Below, one piece after another: positions 57,686 through 64,000 of a DNA stretch of 64,000 nt. A program made the translations under genes and the position numbers. Source of the stretch: Candidatus Puniceispirillaceae bacterium. GTDB taxonomy: Bacteria; Pseudomonadota; Alphaproteobacteria; Puniceispirillales; Puniceispirillaceae. The stretch covers positions 252 through 64,251 of the forward strand of contig JBMHDH010000027.1 in the NCBI GenBank assembly GCA_049889495.1, written 5' to 3'. The notes beneath the pieces are model-generated. The model was not told the origin of the DNA, searched no databases, and saw only the letters and a program-made list of their open reading frames with translations. How positions within the stretch are numbered: position 1 is the first letter of the stretch; each line of letters starts with the position of its first letter.

Positions 57686-58881
57686 TGTTGATCTCATTGC
57701 GCTATAATATTGCCAAAAAGCTGTTGCTGAAAGTTGCAAAACATCTGAAATCTGGCCAAATCACGTTACGCTTTCCCGAAGGAGATGAACATCATTTTAC
57801 AGGCGCAAAACAAGGCCCATCTGCCGATTTAACCATCGTGAAAAAAGAAGGGCTTTTGCGGATTATCAAGGCTGGTAAATTGGGCTTTTGCGAAGCCTAT
57901 ATGGCGCAAGAAGTCGAAACAACTGGCCTTGTGGATTTAATCGAATTTGCCGCAACAAATAATCAAGAGATTGAATCCAAGTTAAAAATGACCCCGCTAA
58001 CATGGCTGATCACCCGTATCGGGCATATGTTAAATCGCAATTCAAAATCAGGGTCTCGCAAGAATATTTCCTATCATTATGATTTGGGAAATGACTTTTA
58101 TGCCCTTTGGCTTGATGACACCATGACCTATTCGTCTGCGGTCTATGAAAGCGAGGCAACCTCTTTATCAGATGCGCAAAAAATGAAATATCGCAAGCTA
58201 GCTGAAATGGCAGAATTACAAGCTGGTGACCATGTGCTTGAAATTGGCTGTGGCTGGGGCGGCTTTGCAGAATTTGCAGCCTCTGAATATGATGTGACAT
58301 TAACCTGTATCACCATTTCACAAGAACAATATGATTTTGCCAAAGCGCGCATCGAAAAAGCAGGGCTATCAGATCGTGTGGAAATCGTCATCACCGATTA
58401 CCGTGATTTGAAATCGCAAAGCTTTGATAAGGTCGTCTCAATCGAAATGTTCGAAGCGGTTGGCATGGCTTATTGGCCAACCTATTTCAACAAAGTATCA
58501 GACGTGCTTCGCACAGGTGGCAAAGCCGCATTACAAGTCATCACCATTGATCACAAAGAATTTGAAAGCTATTGCCAAACACCTGATTTCATCCAGAAAT
58601 ATATTTTCCCAGGCGGCATGTTGCCCTCGATGGAAGCCATTGAAGATCCCATCAAAAAATCTGGCATGCGCTTGGCCAAAAGCCATGGTTACGGATTACA
58701 TTATGCAAGAACACTTGATGAATGGCGGCAAAAATTTGTGGAACAATGGCCAAAAATCGAATCTCAAGCAGGGTTTGATATCACTTTCAAACGCATGTGG
58801 GAGCTCTATCTTGCCTATTGTGAAGGGGGATTTAAAACAGGCATGATTGATGTCAAACAAATGACCTTGGTCAAAGATTAA
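57685..58881 (+). CDS. cyclopropane-fatty-acyl-phospholipid-synthase-like SAM methyltransferase (paralogue 2)
   Basis: Contains ISYHYDLGNDFYALWLDDTMTYSSAVY, the SAM motif VLEIGCGWGGFAEFA, and FPGGMLPS. ATG 57685 overlaps the DUF1365 stop by 1 nt (TAATG). Confidence 0.85.
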   Translation: MLISLRYNIAKKLLLKVAKHLKSGQITLRFPEGDEHHFTGAKQGPSADLTIVKKEGLLRIIKAGKLGFCEAYMAQEVETTGLVDLIEFAATNNQEIESKLKMTPLTWLITRIGHMLNRNSKSGSRKNISYHYDLGNDFYALWLDDTMTYSSAVYESEATSLSDAQKMKYRKLAEMAELQAGDHVLEIGCGWGGFAEFAASEYDVTLTCITISQEQYDFAKARIEKAGLSDRVEIVITDYRDLKSQSFDKVVSIEMFEAVGMAYWPTYFNKVSDVLRTGGKAALQVITIDHKEFESYCQTPDFIQKYIFPGGMLPSMEAIEDPIKKSGMRLAKSHGYGLHYARTLDEWRQKFVEQWPKIESQAGFDITFKRMWELYLAYCEGGFKTGMIDVKQMTLVKD

Positions 58882-59024
58882 GCCACAATACCCTCTTAGA
58901 ATTGCCTGAAATCTCAACAGGTGGAAAAGAAATTACGGCAATGATCCATCCCCTATGCTGCGGCGTAACTAAGGCATAGAAACAAAAATCGACCGGCTTG
59001 ATTTTTTTTAAGGGGGTGAGATGC

Positions 59025-59525
59025 ATGTCACAAAACACATCTAACACCATACCAGCGAAATTCGTGCCAGAAGATTTTTTTTCTGGTCGTTTAAAAGCCA
59101 GCGGCATGTTTATTGACCGCTTTGGCAATATCCAAAAGCGGTTCTCTGCCGATGTGGAATGCCAACCAGAAAATGATGGCTTTATCTTAAATGAAAATTT
59201 CATCTTTGATGATGGCAAAACCGAACAACGCATTTGGCATATCAGTCGGTCATCTGACAGCAACTACATTGGCAAAACAGATGATGTCAGAGATATCGCC
59301 AAAGGCCATTTAACAGATATTGGCTTATTATGGCGCTATGATTTTTATCTTGAGCTATTTGGCAGACGTGTCTTGGTAAATTTCAATGATAAAATGATTA
59401 TGCAATCCAAAGATGTTGTATTAAATCACGCAACCATCACCAAATTCGGCTTAAAATTAGGCGAATTATTCATCAGCTTTCATAAAAATGATGAGGCCCC
59501 AGCCTCAATGCGCAAACAAGCGTGA
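59025..59525 (+). CDS. DUF3833-family (lipocalin-like) protein
   Basis: FVPEDFFSGRLKASGMFIDRFGNIQKRFSADV...DDGKTEQRIWHI...YIGKTDDV...KFGLKLGELFISFHK matches the block pattern I recall for DUF3833. The ATG at 59025 is preceded by AAGGGGG. Confidence 0.65.
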   Translation: MSQNTSNTIPAKFVPEDFFSGRLKASGMFIDRFGNIQKRFSADVECQPENDGFILNENFIFDDGKTEQRIWHISRSSDSNYIGKTDDVRDIAKGHLTDIGLLWRYDFYLELFGRRVLVNFNDKMIMQSKDVVLNHATITKFGLKLGELFISFHKNDEAPASMRKQA

Positions 59526-59936
59526 TAGCCGTCTGGTCACCCAGCCCACATAAGGCAAATGCCCCAAAAGCTGGCTTGCACTATCCCAATGATCGTGATG
59601 GCATATCACCTTACCAGCACCATCAAAGCGGATTTCGCTCATCCCCAAAATATCAAAAGGCATTTGCGGCGCGGCATTCACAATCCCTGTCATCCGCCAT
59701 TTCATATAGGATGCGTCCTGTGATGAAGCCACATCCAATACCGCAAAAGCAGGGTTGGTCATTTGCTCAAACATCTTATGAAACACAGCCACCATCTTAT
59801 CTGGCCCATGTAATTTATTGAACGGGTCGATAAAGACAATATCATCAGCCAATAAAGCACGTAATTCGTCTAAATTATCAGGGGCAATGCGTTCAAAATA
59901 AGACGCATATATAAGGGCGTTATCATGAAAGGACAT
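59505..59936 (-). CDS. NTF2/SnoaL-like fold protein
   Basis: 143-aa ORF with the size and pattern of SnoaL-like NTF2 proteins (...LLADDIVFIDPFN...). It is the last gene of a minus-strand SDR-SDR-NTF2 run. Its 3' end overlaps the DUF3833 3' end by 21 nt. Confidence 0.6.
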   Translation of the reverse strand: MSFHDNALIYASYFERIAPDNLDELRALLADDIVFIDPFNKLHGPDKMVAVFHKMFEQMTNPAFAVLDVASSQDASYMKWRMTGIVNAAPQMPFDILGMSEIRFDGAGKVICHHDHWDSASQLLGHLPYVGWVTRRLSRLFAH

Positions 59937-59986
59937 AGGAGTAATCTTCCTTATTCATCACCTAGGATCTTTTTGCAGGGTATCTT

Positions 59987-60733
59987 CTAGCGGGTGATTT
60001 TTTTCACAATGTTGAAATAGGTGTCATTTGGCAACCATTTTAGCCATTTCATCTTTCTGGCAAAGGATTTGGGAAAGGCAATTTCAAATTTATCTTGCCC
60101 AAGCCCCTGAATAATTTGGCGTGCCGCCTCTTCGCTTGAAATAATATCTGGCATAGCGAAATCATTCACCGCTGTGGCTTCTGTTTCCACAAAGCCAGGA
60201 CAGATAATCTGGATTTTAACACCGCTTCCCTGCAAATCAAAGCGCAAGGCTTCCCCTAGATTAATCAAAGCTGCCTTGGTTGGCCCATAAGCCGCAGAAC
60301 GCGGCAAGCCGCGATAACCAGCCACAGATGCCATCAAAGCGATATGCCCCCTACCAGTGGCTTGCATCGCTGGCAGGATGGCTGCCAGTCCATTTACCAC
60401 ACCCATATAATTCACCGCCATATGCTGGGCAAAATCAGACACCGCAATCTCATTGGCAGGCGATGGGATATATAGCCCTGCATTGGGGATAAAAACATCA
60501 ATTGCACCATGGTGGGCTTGTGCCTTTTTGACAGCATCTGTCATCTGCGCTTCATCTGTCACATCACCTGTCACAGCATAAAAATCATCAAAACGGTCTG
60601 ACAAGGTGGCCAGACGATCCCCACGTCTTGCCATGCCAGAAACGTTATGACCTGCTTGCACAAGCTGTTCTGTCAAAGCAAGGCCAATGCCTGAACTAAC
60701 CCCTGTGATGAAATAATGCTGCCTATTTGCCAT
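59987..60733 (-). CDS. SDR-family oxidoreductase (classical)
   Basis: 248-aa ORF with FITGVSSGIGLAL and the catalytic YGPTKAA. Confidence 0.85.
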   Translation of the reverse strand: MANRQHYFITGVSSGIGLALTEQLVQAGHNVSGMARRGDRLATLSDRFDDFYAVTGDVTDEAQMTDAVKKAQAHHGAIDVFIPNAGLYIPSPANEIAVSDFAQHMAVNYMGVVNGLAAILPAMQATGRGHIALMASVAGYRGLPRSAAYGPTKAALINLGEALRFDLQGSGVKIQIICPGFVETEATAVNDFAMPDIISSEEAARQIIQGLGQDKFEIAFPKSFARKMKWLKWLPNDTYFNIVKKITR

Positions 60734-60747
60734 AATATCTGGGGTCC

Positions 60748-61479
60748 TCAGCCTTTGGTACGAAGCGATTTACGCCCACCATCTACAGGGATGACTGCCC
60801 CCGTGATCCATCCCGATTTTGTGCCATCCATCAATAGGGATGCCAGATGGGCAAAATCTTGCCCCTGGCCCAAACGGCGCACAGGATGGGCTTGTGCGAT
60901 GCCTTTTGCCATAACCTCATTATTCAATAGCGGTTGTGCCATTTTCGAATAGGTCAAAGAGGGCGCAATCACATTCACGCGGATATCAGGTGCCAATTCT
61001 GTTGCCAATGCCAATGCCAGCCCTTCGACCCCTGCCTTTGCCGCGCCAATGGCACCATGCGCAGAAAAGCCTTGCGAGGCTGCTACAGAGCTAAAGAGCA
61101 ATACAGACCCCTCACCTTCTTTCAGGCTCGCGCTGGCTTGCTTAATTGCCAATGCCGCTGCTGTGACATTCAAATGAAAGGTTTGTGAAAAATCATCAGA
61201 TGATAATTTGCTTAATGGCTTTAGCAAAATTGACCCCACTGCCCAGATCAGACCTGTGATCGGCCCAGATTGTTCGGCATAGGCCACCGCATTGGCGAGT
61301 GATGCGTCATCAAACGCATCAAAAGTGCAAGTGCGGGACTGGCCACAGTCTTGTGCCAATTGGTCCAATTCTGATTGATCTCGCCCTGCCAGACATAAAG
61401 CGGCACCCTCTTTTGATAATTGCTTTGCAATGGCTTTGCCAATGGCACCAGTTGCGCCAAAAATAAGGATATTTTGCAT
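60748..61479 (-). CDS. SDR-like protein lacking the canonical catalytic Tyr
   Basis: 243-aa ORF with the NAD(P) motif IFGATGAIGKAIA. Where YxxxK is expected it reads SAHGAIGAAKAG. Confidence 0.8.
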   Translation of the reverse strand: MQNILIFGATGAIGKAIAKQLSKEGAALCLAGRDQSELDQLAQDCGQSRTCTFDAFDDASLANAVAYAEQSGPITGLIWAVGSILLKPLSKLSSDDFSQTFHLNVTAAALAIKQASASLKEGEGSVLLFSSVAASQGFSAHGAIGAAKAGVEGLALALATELAPDIRVNVIAPSLTYSKMAQPLLNNEVMAKGIAQAHPVRRLGQGQDFAHLASLLMDGTKSGWITGAVIPVDGGRKSLRTKG

Positions 61480-61670
61480 TTAATTTTTCCTATTGAAAAA
61501 CGAAAGATCCGTTATTTTGTGCCGCATCTATACCGCCTTGATCCTGTCAAAATGCGTTCACAAAAATCGTGCGTATTTTATCAAAAAAGGATTTGTGATA
61601 TTTGATAATTATTACGAGATGAGGGCGCGAACAGATCAGCGCTTCCCTCTAATGATACGGAGCATTAGCC

Positions 61671-62357
61671 ATGTATTTTAAAGCAGGATGCCACAAACAA
61701 GCTGGCTTAACCTATTCCCCTTTTAAGGCCTTAATTGCACCGCGGCCCATCGGTTGGATTTCAACCTGTGATGATAAAGGCAATGCCAATCTTGCCCCTT
61801 ACAGCTTTTTCAATGCGGTATCTGAAATTCCCCCTATGGTGATGTTTGTATCAGCACCAGACGCTAGAAAAGACGCAACAGATGATAACAGGGACAACAC
61901 CTCATCAGCCCCTAGCCCCTATCCGCAAGGTCATCACGCCAAGGATTCATTGGCCAATATCAGGCAAACAGAAGAATTCGCTGTTAATATTGTTGGCCAA
62001 GATCAGATGATGGCCATGGTCGACAGCTCAGCGATGATGGCATCAGATCAAGATGAATTTGACACTGCCAATTTGACCAAGATACCAGCCACTGATATTT
62101 CAGTGCCGCTTGTCAAACAAGCCCCTGCCCATTTGGAATGCCGCCTTCATGATTTGATTAATTTGCCTGGCACAAATGACCGACCAGGCTGTGTGATGGT
62201 GATTGGTTCTGTCATCTCACTTCATATTGATGACAAACATATTAAGGACGGCAAGGTCGATGTCACAAGCTATCGGCCTGTCTCGCGTCTTGGTTATAAG
62301 GATTACAGCATTATTGATCAGCTTCAGACCATTGAGGCTGGCCTAAAATCCACCTAA
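61671..62357 (+). CDS. flavin reductase-like (FMN-binding split-barrel) protein
   Basis: 228-aa ORF with PRPIGWISTCDDKGNANLAPYSFFNAVS...KDSLANIRQTEEFAVNIV. It carries a low-complexity insert at about aa 63-93. Confidence 0.8.
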   Translation: MYFKAGCHKQAGLTYSPFKALIAPRPIGWISTCDDKGNANLAPYSFFNAVSEIPPMVMFVSAPDARKDATDDNRDNTSSAPSPYPQGHHAKDSLANIRQTEEFAVNIVGQDQMMAMVDSSAMMASDQDEFDTANLTKIPATDISVPLVKQAPAHLECRLHDLINLPGTNDRPGCVMVIGSVISLHIDDKHIKDGKVDVTSYRPVSRLGYKDYSIIDQLQTIEAGLKST

Positions 62358-62366
62358 AGCACCCTG

Positions 62367-63077
62367 TTAATTGACAACACAATTGCGCACTTTCACATCC
62401 ACATAGCCACGCAAATCAGATTTTGTGAATTTCAATTCTAACATCCAATCTTGCGCGGCTTGCACCACGGTAAATGGCAAGGTGTGATCACTGATTGTCT
62501 GGCCACCCAAAAAAGATTGTCTGACGGTGATGGGCTGCAAGGGGTCAAACCACGGATTGGCTTTATTGCCATTGGGGTTTAACTGGCCTTCGACATAAAG
62601 CCGCAATCCGCCATCAAATAAGCTCTGTTTTGATTCTGCTGTGGCATATAAATCTGTGGCAACAGCAAGCGCCCCTTCATGAACAAGGCGGCAATTTGAC
62701 GGCACGCCCACCTCTTGCAAGGCTGCATAAATTTGTTCAACCGCTGTGCCATTGGCGATTTGCGCCTTTAACAAATTGGCGAATTTTCCTGAATTTTTAT
62801 CCGTTAAAGCAGAAGCGGTGATTTGCGCTTTGGCCTCGACCAGCTCAGTCTGCAACTTATCCACTTTTGAATTTAAGATTTGAATTTCACGATCACTCTC
62901 AAAAATGGCCAAATTGGAATCTGCCTGAAGCCGCTTTTGTTCTGCTGTGCCCCATAACCAGCCAAGCCATGCCACCAAAAAAATCACAGCGATGCGAAAT
63001 AAAAACGAGACAGAATAACGCATTTCGCGTCGTCTATATTTTTCTCTGGTCTGAAAAAAATCCATCACTCGTCCCAC
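62367..63077 (-). CDS. hypothetical membrane-anchored coiled-coil protein
   Basis: 236-aa ORF with a basic N-terminus, one TM segment (FLFRIAVIFLVAWLGWLWG), a heptad-like stretch (REIQILNSKVDKLQTELVEAKAQI) and a ~130-aa C-terminal domain. I recognise no family. The start could be GTG 63077, ATG 63065 or ATG 63023. Confidence 0.5.
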   Translation of the reverse strand: MGRVMDFFQTREKYRRREMRYSVSFLFRIAVIFLVAWLGWLWGTAEQKRLQADSNLAIFESDREIQILNSKVDKLQTELVEAKAQITASALTDKNSGKFANLLKAQIANGTAVEQIYAALQEVGVPSNCRLVHEGALAVATDLYATAESKQSLFDGGLRLYVEGQLNPNGNKANPWFDPLQPITVRQSFLGGQTISDHTLPFTVVQAAQDWMLELKFTKSDLRGYVDVKVRNCVVN

Positions 63078-63142
63078 TTATGATATGATGCAAGGTTTTG
63101 AAAATTACTCTTGGATTTGTTAATACATGAAGCTAGCAAAAA

Positions 63143-63793
63143 ATGCCACTTCTCAAAAAGGCAGTTTCGATGACACGCGATAAAAAATCCCCTTATCAGG
63201 CAGATGGCGTCCGCGCATGGCAAAGAATGCTATCTGGCAGACGCTTGGATATCTTAACACCAAGCCCAATGGATATTGAGATCACAGATATTGCACATGG
63301 GTTGGCGCGTGTTGCCAGATGGAATGGGCAAACCAAAGGTAAATATGGCTATTCTGTTGCCCAACATAGCGTACTTGTCGAACGGCTTGTGCAAACCAAT
63401 GCCCCCCAGCTTGACCAGAAATGGCGGCTTGCCTCATTGCTTCATGATGCCCCTGAATATGTCATTGGGGATATGATCACGCCATTTAAAGCGGCCTTGG
63501 GGGCACGTTATAAGGACATTGAAACCGCGCTTGAAGAAGCCATTCATCTGCGCTTTGGACTGCCCGCAAAATTACCAGCCTATGTGGTCACCATCATCAA
63601 ACGTGCAGACCGCATGGCAGCTTGGCTTGAAGCCACGCAACTGGCAGGGTTTTCTGCTGACGAGGCAAAAAAATTATTTCCGCAACCACGCGGTCTGCCA
63701 GCCACCATGAAATTGGTGCCACAATCACCAGAAAAAGCCGCAGAAATCTATCTGCGGCGTTATCATATTTTATCAGGCGTAAACACGAAGTAA
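63143..63793 (+). CDS. HD-domain phosphohydrolase (YfbR-like)
   Basis: 216-aa ORF with SVAQHSV...LLHDAPEYVIGD (the H...HD metal motif). The start may instead be the internal ATG at 63167. Confidence 0.7.
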   Translation: MPLLKKAVSMTRDKKSPYQADGVRAWQRMLSGRRLDILTPSPMDIEITDIAHGLARVARWNGQTKGKYGYSVAQHSVLVERLVQTNAPQLDQKWRLASLLHDAPEYVIGDMITPFKAALGARYKDIETALEEAIHLRFGLPAKLPAYVVTIIKRADRMAAWLEATQLAGFSADEAKKLFPQPRGLPATMKLVPQSPEKAAEIYLRRYHILSGVNTK

Positions 63794-63842
63794 GCGCTCA
63801 AATCGCCAGCCCTTTGTGATTAATAGGGTTTTGCCTTCCCCT

Positions 63843-64000
63843 TTAGCCTTGCGGCTTTAGGGATGCGATTGGCGCGCGCGATGGCATATCAGGGGCTGCG
63901 ATCACCTCTTCTGCATCAGCAGCTTCAGCTTTATTCTTTGAAAATAAGCCTTTTTTTGCTTCTTTTTGCGCCTTTGGCTCTTTTGGGGCCTCAACCAATA
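63843..64000 (-). CDS. 3' end of an unidentified minus-strand gene (partial)
   Basis: The minus-strand frame is open to the window edge and reads ...LVEAPKEPKAQKEAKKGLFSKNKAEAADAEEVIAAPDMPSRAPIASLKPQG, with the stop at 63845-63843. The sequence is low-complexity and charged, and the product is unknown. Confidence 0.3.
   Translation of the reverse strand, partial: LVEAPKEPKAQKEAKKGLFSKNKAEAADAEEVIAAPDMPSRAPIASLKPQG

Noticed and set aside
61539-61544. TGATCC hexamer (the -35 element I associate with RpoE/ChrR-type ECF promoters) in the SDR / flavin-reductase divergent spacer
   Set aside because: CGT-type -10 candidates lie about 10 or 23 nt downstream, not the expected 16-17 nt. The hexamer also points toward the flavin reductase rather than the SDR operon. 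A single hexamer is too weak, and I am not certain of the consensus from memory.
1-64000. Scan for CRISPR arrays, IS elements, integrases, toxin-antitoxin pairs, restriction-modification or other defence genes, and prophage remnants
   Set aside because: I saw no repeat-spacer arrays, and none of the ORF translations look like transposase, integrase, phage or defence proteins. The only repeats are the short ones reported above.

Overview
This is a gene-dense 64-kb chromosomal segment with about 65 protein-coding genes. Gene content and synteny look alphaproteobacterial. That is an inference from gatCAB; pyrB-pyrC'-plsY-dprA-topA-rnr-rpmG; DUF2066-hdaA divergent from purMN; an EipB/DUF1849-like gene; pepA-holC divergent from lptFG-surA-pdxA-rsmA; fabD-fabG-acpP-fabF-mltG-gmk; rpsF-rpsR-rplI-dnaB-alr; and radA-cvpA-purF.

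Positions 1-44.6 kb are core housekeeping genes. Positions 44.6-63 kb look more accessory. They hold mnmC, two CFA-synthase-like SAM methyltransferases and a YcgN / 57-aa peptide / DUF2256 trio. They also hold the four-gene ligase-associated DNA damage response module (ATP-dependent ligase, MBL-fold exonuclease, Lhr-like DEXH helicase, PdeM phosphoesterase), here interrupted by a YfcG-type GST. Next comes an FAD-oxidoreductase / DUF1365 / CFA-synthase / DUF3833 operon with convergent NTF2-SDR-SDR genes, which resembles the singlet-oxygen-responsive furan-fatty-acid locus known from Rhodobacter.

I recognised no rRNA, tRNA, CRISPR array, transposase, integrase or phage gene.

Non-coding observations:
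- three DnaA-box-like 9-mers upstream of dnaB
- a tandem 17-nt duplication between dnaB and alr
- three 10-nt direct repeats plus a perfect 15-nt palindrome in the GST-exonuclease spacer
- a perfect 13-nt palindrome upstream of the FAD-oxidoreductase operon
- a structured 320-nt fabD/rpsF spacer
- several intrinsic terminators

One SDR gene, translationally coupled to hdaA, is broken by an apparent 1-nt deletion.

All product calls rest on my own reading of the translated ORFs (motifs, length, neighbourhood). No database search was possible, and start codons are best guesses. I do not see a clear-cut, wholly novel system. The best lead is the 46.6-61.5 kb juxtaposition of lipid-modification genes, a GST and the poorly characterised ligase-associated repair module, together with its unexplained repeat and palindrome elements.
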